Counted from the stretch's first letter, positions 29,348 to 38,934 are shown. The stretch is 64,000 nt of DNA from Smithellaceae bacterium (GCA_963667845.2 CAXXVL010000001.1:128001-192000), one strand, 5' to 3'. Notes: a model not told the origin generated them from the sequence alone. Translations and numbers: made by a program.

Positions 29348-29731
29348 ATGGAGGATCAATTCAAACACGGCCGGTTCAATTGGTGTGAACTGCTGACAAC
29401 GGATGTTGCCGCGGCAAAAGCATTCTATACGAAGTTATTCGGATGGGAAACGGAAGACATGTCCATGCCGGGCATGGACTACACCGTGGTCAAAGCCGGG
29501 GGCGAGGGAATCGGCGGGATCATGAAGATCCCGGAGAGCGCAAAAGGAATGTCGCCCGCGTGGGGCGCTTATGTCACGGTCGATGATGTTGACAAAACGG
29601 CCAAGATGGTCGAGAAGCTTGGCGGCAAAATTCATGTGCCGCCAACCGATATTCCCACCGTCGGGCGCTTCTGCGTCATCGTGGACCCGCAGGGTGCGTA
29701 CATTAACGCGATCACGTATCTGAAAAGGTAG
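29348..29731 (+). CDS. VOC/glyoxalase family protein
   Basis: GRFNWCELLT, FYTKLFGW and DIPTVGRF...DPQGA motifs; RBS AGGAGG. Confidence 0.9.
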   Translation: MEDQFKHGRFNWCELLTTDVAAAKAFYTKLFGWETEDMSMPGMDYTVVKAGGEGIGGIMKIPESAKGMSPAWGAYVTVDDVDKTAKMVEKLGGKIHVPPTDIPTVGRFCVIVDPQGAYINAITYLKR

Positions 29732-29770
29732 TATAGCCGGCCGACTTTCCTTCTATCCATGTCGGGTTAA

Positions 29771-29816
29771 AAACTCCCTCAATCCTTTTCGGAAAAGGAA
29801 AGGATTGAGGGAGTTT
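29771..29816. terminator. Bidirectional terminator hairpin
   Basis: 18-bp perfect stem AAACTCCCTCAATCCTTT / AAAGGATTGAGGGAGTTT between convergent genes. Confidence 0.85.
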
Positions 29817-29830
29817 GCGTTCGTTAGCGG

Positions 29831-30499
29831 TCACCATTTTTCATAATGAACTTTCGCCGGATTGAATCGATCCTGATAGGCGCGCTTCTCGACAGGGTAG
29901 CCCAGCGGAATGATGTTCAGCGGCATGATGTGATCCGGCAGGCCAAGCAGTTTCCTGATGCCGGCCGTTCTGTCCTCGTAGGGATAGAAGGTTGTCCAGA
30001 CCGCTCCCAGCCCGAGGGAGTGGGCGGCAAGCAGGATGTTCATGCTGGCATTGGAAGCATCGGGAATCCAGTGACCTTTGGCCGCTTCCAGTTTCGTGTT
30101 GCCGCAAACCACAATCGCCACCTGTGCCGTGGGGATCTGCTTGGAGAAAGGATGAAACCCGGGAATCTGGGCGAGCGTCTTTTTATCCCGGATGACAATG
30201 AACTCCCAGTCCTGGGCGTTCTTTGCCGACGGCGCCGCCATGGCGGCCTGCAGCAGGAGTTTCACGGTTGCATCGGAAACCGGCTCTTCGGAGTATTTGC
30301 GCACGCTGCGCCGCGTGAAGATGGCGGTCAATGTATCCATGTCGGATTTTGCCGGAATCCCCGTCGTCACAATTCCCGGCGCCGCTTGCGCCGGCTCTGT
30401 CGCGGCAGAAACCGTCGCTGTTGACAATAACAGGCATATCGCCGTCAGGCAAAACAGGACTGCCACACCACTCACAGTATTCTTTGTATTACGATTCAT
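29831..30499 (-). CDS. Nitroreductase family protein with an N-terminal signal peptide
   Basis: AIFTRRSVRKY, AAPSAKNAQDW and NILLAAHSLGLGAVW motifs. Confidence 0.9.
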   Translation of the reverse strand: MNRNTKNTVSGVAVLFCLTAICLLLSTATVSAATEPAQAAPGIVTTGIPAKSDMDTLTAIFTRRSVRKYSEEPVSDATVKLLLQAAMAAPSAKNAQDWEFIVIRDKKTLAQIPGFHPFSKQIPTAQVAIVVCGNTKLEAAKGHWIPDASNASMNILLAAHSLGLGAVWTTFYPYEDRTAGIRKLLGLPDHIMPLNIIPLGYPVEKRAYQDRFNPAKVHYEKW

Positions 30500-30709
30500 A
30501 TTGAACCTCCTTAATATTTATTAACTTCGCAAATCACACGGAATCTTTGTCCGGTATTTAGGGAAAGTGCTTTACCGCATCCGTTGTCCGGCGGATGGCG
30601 TCCGCGGGCACATTTGGGAGCGAGGCTGCCAGCGGCACTTCATTCCATCGGCCAAACTATAAAAAGAAACGAAACAGTCTGTCAATCGATTTATCCATGA
30701 GCGCCGGCC

Positions 30710-30985
30710 TCAGGAACCGAACCGGAGAACCGCGCGTTCGTGAGCTTTGGCCGCCACTTCTTCACGATTGCGCGGCGCCGCGCTCGTTACGAGTGAATCG
30801 AGCAATTTGGCCGTCGCCCGGGCAACCTGGTCGACGGCGCGCTGATATGCCTTTTCGTTGGCGGCGGAAGGATTGGCAAATCCGCTGATCTTCCGGATAT
30901 ACTGCAGTGATGCCGCGCGTATCTCTTCATCCGTTGCCGGCGGATCGAAGTTATAAAGCACTTTGATGTTTCTGCACATACTCAT
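30710..30985 (-). CDS. DUF2277 family protein
   Basis: MCRNIK.LYNFDPPATDEEIRAASLQYIRKISG. Confidence 0.88.
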   Translation of the reverse strand: MSMCRNIKVLYNFDPPATDEEIRAASLQYIRKISGFANPSAANEKAYQRAVDQVARATAKLLDSLVTSAAPRNREEVAAKAHERAVLRFGS

Positions 30986-31317
30986 TTACCTCCAACCATT
31001 CTCGGGCAAAACATGACGAAAGAAACAAAGCCGACCACCGGGAAATATTCCGGCCTGCGGGAGAAATAATTTTCTGAAGATTCGTTCTTTTTTCTAAATT
31101 AACTCCCCCCGGCAAAGGTGTCAACCCTAACCACTTGATTAACTGACCGATTCCATGTTTGTCCGAAATTTTTTCTGTCGCGACGATGCCGGATAAACAA
31201 GACGTCACTTGACCCCGGAGCCCGGAGTTGTCATTATCTTATCAGTTCGACGGGAGGCGGCGTTCCTCGGGGCGCTCGCGCCGCGGGCCAAATATTTTAT
31301 CTTATTGAGGCGAAACC

Positions 31318-32112
31318 ATGACAATGACGCGCGGGCAGCAACGGCTTATCGCCAACTACGCTGGCGGCACACGAAAGATGATGTGCGCTTTTGCGGTCCT
31401 GGTGCTGGTCTGCGCCTTATCGGGTTGCGCCCTGCTGGCCACCGCCCCGATGGATGTGCTGACGTATGAACATCAAGGCGATGCTGATCACGAACGATTG
31501 TTTGTTTTCTTACGCGGCATCGGCGGCAGCCATCGCAGTTTCGCAGAAGAGGGGCTTGTGGCCGACGTTTGGGCGCGCGATTTGCCCTTTGATATGGCCG
31601 CGCCCAATGCTCATTTTGGTTATTACGAGAGAGGCAATCTCGTTTTGCGGCTGAAGGAGGATGTGATTGACCCGGCCAGAGTCAGGGGTTCGCGGAAGAT
31701 CTGGCTGGTCGGCGTTTCCATGGGAGGATTGGGAGCGCTGCTTTATCTTAAGGAACGGCCCGAGGATATTGCAGGCGTTTACCTGATTTCGCCATTTCTC
31801 GGCACGCAATCTTTTCTGGACGAAATCGAAACTGCCGGCGGTGTGAACCGGTGGGACCCGGGCTCCTACAACGCCGAACTGGATTGGCAGAGAATGCTCT
31901 GGCACTGGCTGAAAACGGACCTTGCCGACCAGCGGGACAAGATCGTGTACCTCGGATACGGCACCGAGGACACCTACAAGAGCGGGCCACAGCTGCTTGC
32001 TGCTTTGCTCCCGCCTTCCCACGTCTATGCCATCGGCGGTGCGCACGACTATCAAACCTTCAAAACCCTGTGGAAAGTGTTTCTGGCAAACGATACCGAA
32101 TTAAGAAATTAA
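31318..32112 (+). CDS. Alpha/beta hydrolase lipoprotein (start uncertain)
   Basis: Lipobox LSGC, GVSMGG nucleophile elbow, GGAHD catalytic His. Confidence 0.85.
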   Translation: MTMTRGQQRLIANYAGGTRKMMCAFAVLVLVCALSGCALLATAPMDVLTYEHQGDADHERLFVFLRGIGGSHRSFAEEGLVADVWARDLPFDMAAPNAHFGYYERGNLVLRLKEDVIDPARVRGSRKIWLVGVSMGGLGALLYLKERPEDIAGVYLISPFLGTQSFLDEIETAGGVNRWDPGSYNAELDWQRMLWHWLKTDLADQRDKIVYLGYGTEDTYKSGPQLLAALLPPSHVYAIGGAHDYQTFKTLWKVFLANDTELRN

Positions 32113-32149
32113 GAAGGAGCCTGCTGCCCGCATCTTTTTTGATTCCGAC

Positions 32150-33193
32150 CTAAAGGAAGGTGTCCGGCAGACCATCCGGTCGCGTTGAGCATCGTTCACC
32201 GGCAATCTTTCCGCGGAAAACCCAGTGCTTATAGGCGACATAAATCAGAATGATCGGAAGAAGAATGACCATTGCCGCCAGCATAAAAATCAGGGTGTTG
32301 GGCGAGGAGACGGCCGCTGTCTTGATTGTGACCATATTGGGGATGATGTAGGGATAGAAGCCGACGTTCAGGCCGGCAAAAGCACACAGAACTATGATCA
32401 CGTTCCATACGAAGGGTTTGAACTCCGATCGTCTCTTCAGCTCACGCACATACATGCCGAAAGCAAAAAGCGCCAGCACCGGGAAAATGGCGACGTAAAC
32501 GAGGTCCGGCCAGACAAGCCATTTGTCTGCCATGTAGGAATGCCGCGCAAAGGTCCAGACATAAATGACCGTGGAGACGATCAACATCAGGATGGCTGCC
32601 CTAAGCGACCACAAAAAACTGCGTCGCTGGATTTCTCCGTCCGTTTTCAGGATCAGGTAATTTGCCCCGAGCATTACATAACCAGCCAGAACACCAAGGG
32701 CAAAGACAACTGAATAGGGATGAAACCAGCTCCAGATGTTGCCGGTAAATGTGTTTCCCGCCATCGGAATGCCGTAAAAAATTCCACCCATCGCAAATCC
32801 CTGGGCCAGGGCGACGACCACGCTGCCCACACCGAAGCAGAGGACCCAGAAGGACGGTTTGCGGGCATTGCTGCGAAATTCAAGAGCTACTCCCCGGAAC
32901 ATGAGCCCGAAGAGCATGACCATGATGGGGACGTAAAAGGCGGAAAGGGCGAGGCTGTAAAAGAGCGGAAATGCGCCGAAGAGCATTCCGCCCAAAAGCA
33001 CAAGCCAGGTCTGGTTGCTCTGCCAGATGCTCTCCAGACTTGCCATCATCGTGCCGCGCATTTTTTCGTCCGGCGTAAAGAAGGTCATGATCCCCACACC
33101 CAGATCGAGGCCGTCGGCAATGGCATAGTAGAGAACAAAAAAGGCGATGATTAAAAACCAGATGGATTCAATGTTTGCTTCAAGCCATTCCAT
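32150..33193 (-). CDS. cydB: Cytochrome bd ubiquinol oxidase subunit II
   Basis: DGLDLGVG, W..NQTWLVL.GG.LFGAFP, RGVALEFR and VFRGK motifs. Confidence 0.93.
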   Translation of the reverse strand: MEWLEANIESIWFLIIAFFVLYYAIADGLDLGVGIMTFFTPDEKMRGTMMASLESIWQSNQTWLVLLGGMLFGAFPLFYSLALSAFYVPIMVMLFGLMFRGVALEFRSNARKPSFWVLCFGVGSVVVALAQGFAMGGIFYGIPMAGNTFTGNIWSWFHPYSVVFALGVLAGYVMLGANYLILKTDGEIQRRSFLWSLRAAILMLIVSTVIYVWTFARHSYMADKWLVWPDLVYVAIFPVLALFAFGMYVRELKRRSEFKPFVWNVIIVLCAFAGLNVGFYPYIIPNMVTIKTAAVSSPNTLIFMLAAMVILLPIILIYVAYKHWVFRGKIAGERCSTRPDGLPDTFL

Positions 33194-33205
33194 GGTCGCT
33201 CCCCC

Positions 33206-34579
33206 TCACGAACCGTATCCGTCGCGGGTTTCATCGGGGGATGTTTCCGGCCCCCGTTTAATGATCCGCCCGGCAAAGAAGAAAAATACAATCGCCAGAA
33301 ACAAGTAAATCAGAACAAAAGCCGCAAGCGATGTGGCGACGGCCGATGCCGGAATCGGAGATGCTGATTCGCTTGTCCGCATAAGACCGGAAATCACCCA
33401 GGGCTGCCGGCCCACCTCCCGCGTCACCCATCCGGTTTCCATCGCGAGGTAACTGAGAGGTATAGCGGCCATCCATGACCGCAGCAGCCATTTGCGCGAC
33501 GCGATGTTTTCTTCGGCCAGCCCGCCTTTGCGCCAGACATAAAGGGTCCAGAGCATGAGGACAAAGAGGGCCGTTCCGACGGCAACCATAATCCGGAAAG
33601 CATAAAAAGGAAGCAAGACCGGCGGCTGATTTTCCCGTGGGAAATCCTTAAGCCCCTTGATCTCGCCTGTCAGGGTGTGATCCGTGAGCAGGCTCAGCAC
33701 CTGCGGAATTTCGATGGACCAGAGGTTTTCCTGCTTGTCCGGATCGGGCCAGGCCAGCACGTGGAAAGGGGCGCCCTGTCCCTGCGGATTTGTCTGCCAG
33801 TGGGCCTCAAAGGCGGCGAGCTTTGCCGGATCGTGGAAATACACCGCGCGCCCCGAACCGTCACCCAGAAAGATCTGCAGCGGTGTAATCACGATCGCCG
33901 CCATCACCGCCCATTTAAAGGAAGCAAGAAAAAAGTCGGTGTGCCGTTGTTTATAGAGATACCAGGCGGAGAGCCCGCCTACGACAAAAACGGAAATCTC
34001 GATCGCGGCCACCCACATGTGGGTGACGCTCCAGACCATATCGGGATTGAAGATGGCATCGAAATGACTTGTGACGACGAACTTGCCCGCGTCGAAAAAT
34101 CCACCCCGCGGGGTCTGCATCCAGGAGTTCGCCACCATGATCCAGAAGGCCGATAGAGAGGCGCCCAGGGCGACCATGGAAGTAGCAAACAGATGCATCA
34201 GAGGGGTAACGCGCTTCCATCCGAAAATCATGATCCCGATGAAGCTCGCCTCGAGCATAAAGGCCATGGCCGCCTCGTAGCCCAGCATATGCCCGAAAAA
34301 ATCACCGCCGGCCCGGGAAAAAAGGCTCCAGTTGGTTCCGAACTGAAATTCCATCGGGAAGCCTGTGGCCACGCCGATCGCGATGTTCAGAAGAAAAAGA
34401 CGGCCCCAGAACCGGGCGTGACGGTAATAGCGTTCATCGGCTGTCCGGATCCAGCGTATTTCCAGAAAGACGAGGAACAGACTCAAGCCGATCGTTACGA
34501 CCGGCCAGATAATATGGAACATGGCCGTGAACGCAAATTGCACTCTGGAGAGGGTTACTGTATCCGGAAATCCATCCAT
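33206..34579 (-). CDS. cydA: Cytochrome bd ubiquinol oxidase subunit I
   Basis: FHIIW, EFQFGTNW, ANSWMQTP, PAKLAAFE and EVGRQPW motifs. Confidence 0.95.
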   Translation of the reverse strand: MDGFPDTVTLSRVQFAFTAMFHIIWPVVTIGLSLFLVFLEIRWIRTADERYYRHARFWGRLFLLNIAIGVATGFPMEFQFGTNWSLFSRAGGDFFGHMLGYEAAMAFMLEASFIGIMIFGWKRVTPLMHLFATSMVALGASLSAFWIMVANSWMQTPRGGFFDAGKFVVTSHFDAIFNPDMVWSVTHMWVAAIEISVFVVGGLSAWYLYKQRHTDFFLASFKWAVMAAIVITPLQIFLGDGSGRAVYFHDPAKLAAFEAHWQTNPQGQGAPFHVLAWPDPDKQENLWSIEIPQVLSLLTDHTLTGEIKGLKDFPRENQPPVLLPFYAFRIMVAVGTALFVLMLWTLYVWRKGGLAEENIASRKWLLRSWMAAIPLSYLAMETGWVTREVGRQPWVISGLMRTSESASPIPASAVATSLAAFVLIYLFLAIVFFFFAGRIIKRGPETSPDETRDGYGS

Positions 34580-34772
34580 TTTGTCATTCCTTATAATCGG
34601 TGTCGAAAAAATCGCTTCTGATCAAAGCCAAATGGAGCGCGCTTCAGGTGCCGGTTCGGAAGGTCTTCCATTTTCCGGCAATTGTCAACTATGTATGAAT
34701 ATAAGAATTTTTCGGTGGCATGTCAAATGCGGCGCCGTTGCAGCCGACGGCTTGCCCGGGTTGAGAAAAAGA

Positions 34773-34801
34773 TTGACAGGTCCGGTTCTGAATTGTATTT
34801 T
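34773..34801 (+). promoter_or_regulatory. Putative sigma70 promoter
   Basis: TTGACA-17 nt-TATTTT, upstream of a small ORF and a terminator. Confidence 0.55.
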
Positions 34802-34834
34802 ATTGCCAATCGAGAAGGAAGTGAAAGAAAACAC

Positions 34835-34930
34835 ATGCGTGAATTCATCCATTTGGTAAATAAGATGACGAAAACGGCCGACCGGCAGCCGGTGTGCGGC
34901 GGGGTGGATGCGCTTGGGGAAAAACACTAG
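34835..34930 (+). CDS. Candidate 31-aa leader peptide MREFIHLVNKMTKTADRQPVCGGVDALGEKH
   Basis: Lies between the promoter and the terminator and contains a segment complementary to the terminator 5' arm. Confidence 0.35.
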   Translation: MREFIHLVNKMTKTADRQPVCGGVDALGEKH

Positions 34931-34954
34931 CAACTGATGCCAATCGCAATTTTT

Positions 34955-34990
34955 AAAACCCGCCGCGTATCTCTCAGGCGGGTTTTTTTT
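34955..34990 (+). terminator. Rho-independent terminator in the leader of the MFS gene (possible attenuator)
   Basis: AAAACCCGCC...GGCGGGTTTTTTTT. Confidence 0.8.
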
Positions 34991-35112
34991 GTTATTTGCC
35001 GTCATGCACGAGGCGTCCGGCGAAATCTCTCAGACAGGAGATGGCGATACGATTGCCCGGTTGCCAGTGACAAAAATGTCGGTATTATTGAAGTGATCGA
35101 TGGGTAAAAGAT

Positions 35113-36402
35113 ATGGATCATCTCGAACAGAATAGAAGCTCAGCTGCGGCTTCTGCGGCGCTCTCGCACAGCACGGCCGAGGCCGATATGACGCGACGCA
35201 CTGTCGGCACATTTGTCGCCGTGGTGATCGCGCACGTCATGGTCGATTTTATGGGGATGAGCGTCTGGCCGGTTTACAAGACGCTCGCCGGGCTGGATGT
35301 CGCGAAGGCCGGATGGATCGCCACGGTTATCGCCATGAGCGGAACCGCCCTTCAGCCGCTGTTCGGGTCGATTGCCGACCGGTTTGGGCCCCGGCGGATC
35401 ATTCTGTCGGGAGCGCTTTTGACGTCGCTGGCCATGGTGCTCGGTCCGCTTGCCGATTATCAGGCGGAGCTCAACCGCTGGCTTCCCAGCCTGTTTGGTT
35501 TCAGTGGTTTTTATCTGGCCGTGTTCGTCATCCTGGCTTGCGGCCGGCTCGGCCAGGATATGTTTCACCCCGCTGGCGCCGGACTTGCGGGAGGTTTCTC
35601 CGCCCGGCGCGGCGCTATGTTCCTGGCCGTATTTATCGCCGTCGGCAGTATCGGCTTCGGCCTCAGCCAGATCGTGTTTCGGACCGCTTACAATCGTCTC
35701 GAACATCACACCGAGGTTCTTCTTATTCCGATGGCGATCCTCTGGGTATTTGTCTGGATCAAGTGCCGGCCCCAGGAAGCATTGCATGCGCGGCGCGTAT
35801 CCGTTATCGCATCGCTTCGATCCCTTCGCCCGGTGGCGGGGCAGATTCTGGCGCTGTTCCTGATCCTCGCGATTTCCAGCGGCGTGCTGAGCGGACTCTT
35901 CTTTCTCATGCCCGAATTTGCCCACGAAAAAGGTTATCCGGCCTGGATCGGGCAGGGCGGGGCCTTCGGCTTGATTATCCTCGGGTCGACGATGTTTATG
36001 GTGCCGATGGGTCATCTGGCCGACCGGATCGGAAGGCGCAGGACGCTGATTGCGATGACGATTCTGTCGGTCATCAGCTACCACGCGCTTGTCCGCCTGA
36101 CCTTGCCGGTGCCGGTGTTTGTTGTGCTTTGCATCCTGGGCGGCGCTTTTCTGGGGACGGTGAATCCCCTCGGCGTTGCCTTCGGCCAGCTCGTCGCCCC
36201 GCGCGAAAATGTCAGCATCGTCTCGGCGATCCTGATGGGCTGGGCGTGGTGTGCCGGCGGTACGGTGCCCAGCATTGCCGGTGAACTTTACAAATACCTG
36301 GGGCATAACGCAACGAAGACCCTGATGATCATCGGAGGGGCCAACATCGTGATGGTGGCGATGGCTTTTGCGCTGCCCAAAATCAAGGTCGACAGGGATT
36401 AG
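35113..36402 (+). CDS. MFS transporter, Fsr (fosmidomycin resistance)-like
   Basis: AHVMVDF, QPLFGSIADRFG, FHPAG and GHLADRIGRR motifs; about 12 transmembrane segments. Confidence 0.88.
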   Translation: MDHLEQNRSSAAASAALSHSTAEADMTRRTVGTFVAVVIAHVMVDFMGMSVWPVYKTLAGLDVAKAGWIATVIAMSGTALQPLFGSIADRFGPRRIILSGALLTSLAMVLGPLADYQAELNRWLPSLFGFSGFYLAVFVILACGRLGQDMFHPAGAGLAGGFSARRGAMFLAVFIAVGSIGFGLSQIVFRTAYNRLEHHTEVLLIPMAILWVFVWIKCRPQEALHARRVSVIASLRSLRPVAGQILALFLILAISSGVLSGLFFLMPEFAHEKGYPAWIGQGGAFGLIILGSTMFMVPMGHLADRIGRRRTLIAMTILSVISYHALVRLTLPVPVFVVLCILGGAFLGTVNPLGVAFGQLVAPRENVSIVSAILMGWAWCAGGTVPSIAGELYKYLGHNATKTLMIIGGANIVMVAMAFALPKIKVDRD

Positions 36403-36479
36403 ATATCATCGGGTTCTCTTCGGTTAACCGGCTCAGTGTCCGCAAATATATTACCTTGCTGGTCCTTTTCTATTCAGTG

Positions 36480-36657
36480 GCAGTTTCAGCGGCGCGTGCC
36501 TTTTGCTGGAATGCCCTCAACTGTGGCGCTAAGCAGATTGCGCGACAGCCAAAAACTCGTCTGCGGCTCAGATAGTTTGGCTGTCGTATGCTCCATTTCG
36601 CTAAGCGCCACAACGTTTCAGGCATGATTCGCTAAAGACACGCGCCGCTGAAACTGC
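36480..36657. mobile_element. Family B 178-bp long-hairpin repeat, copy 1
   Basis: Perfect 19-bp terminal inverted repeat GCAGTTTCAGCGGCGCGTG / CACGCGCCGCTGAAACTGC with nested inner stems; homologous to 60257..60435. Confidence 0.85.
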
Positions 36658-36946
36658 GGTTTATTCGAATATTTAATCGAGAGGACGGCAATGTTGCAAT
36701 CGTGTCATCCTCAGATCATCAGTCGGCAATCATCGTTTTTCATGTATCGTTAAAGTTCTTGAACATTTCGTTGAAAGAAAGAGAGAAAAACGGGCAGTGG
36801 AGACTGCCGCTGCGGCTGGCGCTTCGGCTAAATCATATGTCACATCATGATGTTGCAATAATTAATTATCCGGCTTGAAAATCTGGCACGCAAATTTCAT
36901 TATATAAAGGCAAATGAAACACACTACCCTAAGGAGGTAACAGATC

Positions 36947-37222
36947 ATGAAAAAGACATTAGGAACCATCGTAGCGGCGGCAGCAGTAGTTCTCTTAACG
37001 GCAACGTTTGGATTCGCGGAATACGCGGCAACGGGAGCAGCCAATTTCCCGTACTTCCAGCTGGGCTGCCTGATCATCGGCGGACTGCTGATCGTTGCAC
37101 TGAAGAGAAAATATAACAAGATGTACACGACAGAGGTCGTCGGGGCCTTCGCTCTTTACACGATTCTGATGGCGCTCTTCACCAACCCGGTCATTGACCT
37201 TGTGAAAATCATTGTGACCTGA
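36947..37222 (+). CDS. Small membrane protein of unknown function
   Basis: Perfect RBS TAAGGAGGT, signal-like N-terminus plus two hydrophobic segments, own terminator. Confidence 0.85.
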   Translation: MKKTLGTIVAAAAVVLLTATFGFAEYAATGAANFPYFQLGCLIIGGLLIVALKRKYNKMYTTEVVGAFALYTILMALFTNPVIDLVKIIVT

Positions 37223-37281
37223 TCGGAAGTAATCAAGATACAGAGGTTGCAGCAAACGGTCATGATCTATCGAAATACACG

Positions 37282-37315
37282 CCCCTCAAGGCTTCCAGAG
37301 CTTGAGGGGTTTTTT
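37282..37315 (+). terminator. Rho-independent terminator
   Basis: CCCCTCAAG-10 nt-CTTGAGGGG followed by TTTTTT. Confidence 0.85.
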
Positions 37316-37653
37316 ATTCTTCATTGCTTCATTGCTTCATTTGCGGCGGTCTGCAAAATCCCGCTGAGCATTCGGCCGAAAATTCCGGAAGAGGGGAATG
37401 CAGAAGCGCCCGGGCGACGCGCAGACACGGATGATGAAAGAATTCAGAAGGGCACGCCGGGAAGCGGGAAGACTTATCTTTCAGGATGGCGGTTCCCAAT
37501 TTTGTTCCGCACTATTTGCTTGAGTTATTTTAAGAGCCGTGCGAAATTTCAGGAGGCGCAAGCCCGATAATCCGACATCAGGAGAAAACAGTCTGCGCGA
37601 CTTCCATCAAACAAAAATCCTTACCCGTCCCTTCGCGGACTCCGGCATTAAGA

Positions 37654-38868
37654 ATGGAAACTGAAAAAACTGTCATGCCGGAGACAACCGGCCCACCGCA
37701 TGTGACACTTTCCCGGCTGGCGGGCTTTGCCATGGGGCTTTTCGCGGTCCAGACCTTCTGGGGATTCACCTGGGCAACACTGCCGCTGTACCTGAAGTCG
37801 CTCACCGACTCCAACGCGGTCACCGGCATTATCCTGTCGACAACCGGCATCACCGGCCTGTTATTCCCGGTGCTCGCGGGCGCGGTGTCCGACCGGCTTC
37901 ACACGCCGCTGGGGCGCAGGCGTCCAGTGATTATCGCCGGCTGGATTCTGACCTCAGTCATGATCCTGCTTCTAATGCGCATCGATTCCCTCTTCTGGGC
38001 GCTGCCCGTGATCATGATGGCCTACGCGGGATTCTTTCTCGCCATCGGCCCCTATTTCGCGCTGCTCCCCGACACGGTTCCAGTCGGCGAGCGGAGCTTC
38101 GCCTCCGGAATCATGTTTCTCATCGGGGGAACGGGAATCCTGACCTATCTGATGTTTGCCGCAAGGCTTTGGGAGACGTCGCGGACGCTGCCGTTTGTGT
38201 GGGTCCTGATCGCGGTTCCCGTCTCCGTCGCGATTCTGTGCTTTTCCGTTCGTGAGGCTAAGACGCCCGGCAGAATCAAGCATCCGAACTTCATGAAAGA
38301 GCTTGCGCGAGAAAAAAACCTGCGGAAATTTTTGATCGGTATGACGCTGCAGTGGATCGGCCTGTGGATGGTGAGCGCTTTTTTCGTGATCACCTGTATG
38401 GCGCTGTTCGGCCTGACCGTCGAGAGGGCGGTCCGGGCGTTTTTCGTGATGAATGCTTCGTTCGTGCTCTTTGCTCTTCCCGCGGGGCTTTTGGCCGCGA
38501 AAATCGGGCTCAAGCGAACGACGATTCTCGGCGTTGCCGTTCTGGTTTTCTGCTTTTGCTGTGTTCCGTTTATTCGCGGGTATTCGACGCTGCTGTTATT
38601 GATGGTGCTTGCCGGGATGGGCTATGGGACGGTTCTTGCCGTATCCTACCCGTTTTTCTTAAGCATGCTGCCGGAGGGCAACACGGCCGGGTTTGTCGGC
38701 CTTTACCATGCCTGTCAGAACGGGACGCTGCTGATCGGGCCGGCCCTCGCCGGATTGCTGATCGACCATTTCGGATACGTAACGCTTTTCTACGGCGCGG
38801 CCGCAGTCATGCTGGCGGGCATGATCACATACATGACCCTCCGCAATCCGCCTGCTATTCCCCGTTGA
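37654..38868 (+). CDS. MFS transporter (GPH/SLC45-like)
   Basis: GAVSDRLHTPLGRRRP and PYFALLPD motifs; about 12 transmembrane segments. Confidence 0.88.
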   Translation: METEKTVMPETTGPPHVTLSRLAGFAMGLFAVQTFWGFTWATLPLYLKSLTDSNAVTGIILSTTGITGLLFPVLAGAVSDRLHTPLGRRRPVIIAGWILTSVMILLLMRIDSLFWALPVIMMAYAGFFLAIGPYFALLPDTVPVGERSFASGIMFLIGGTGILTYLMFAARLWETSRTLPFVWVLIAVPVSVAILCFSVREAKTPGRIKHPNFMKELAREKNLRKFLIGMTLQWIGLWMVSAFFVITCMALFGLTVERAVRAFFVMNASFVLFALPAGLLAAKIGLKRTTILGVAVLVFCFCCVPFIRGYSTLLLLMVLAGMGYGTVLAVSYPFFLSMLPEGNTAGFVGLYHACQNGTLLIGPALAGLLIDHFGYVTLFYGAAAVMLAGMITYMTLRNPPAIPR

Positions 38869-38876
38869 TAAGCTCG

Positions 38877-38934
38877 ATCCCGCTTACGCGGGACGAGCGT
38901 TAAATCTCTATAGCTTGCTGCGAGGTGGTTGATT
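38877..38934. mobile_element. Family A repeat, internally deleted copy
   Basis: ATCCCGCTTACGCGGGACGAGCGTTAAATCTCTATAGCTTGCTGCGAGGTGGTTGATT. Confidence 0.65.

Noticed and set aside
35140..36306. 388-aa antisense ORF and 323-aa alternate-frame ORF over the MFS gene
   Set aside because: Low-complexity Arg/Gly/Pro-rich translations expected from GC-rich coding DNA.
37320..37344. TTCATTGC tandem repeat, about 3 units
   Set aside because: Too short to assign a function and has no spacers, so not CRISPR.
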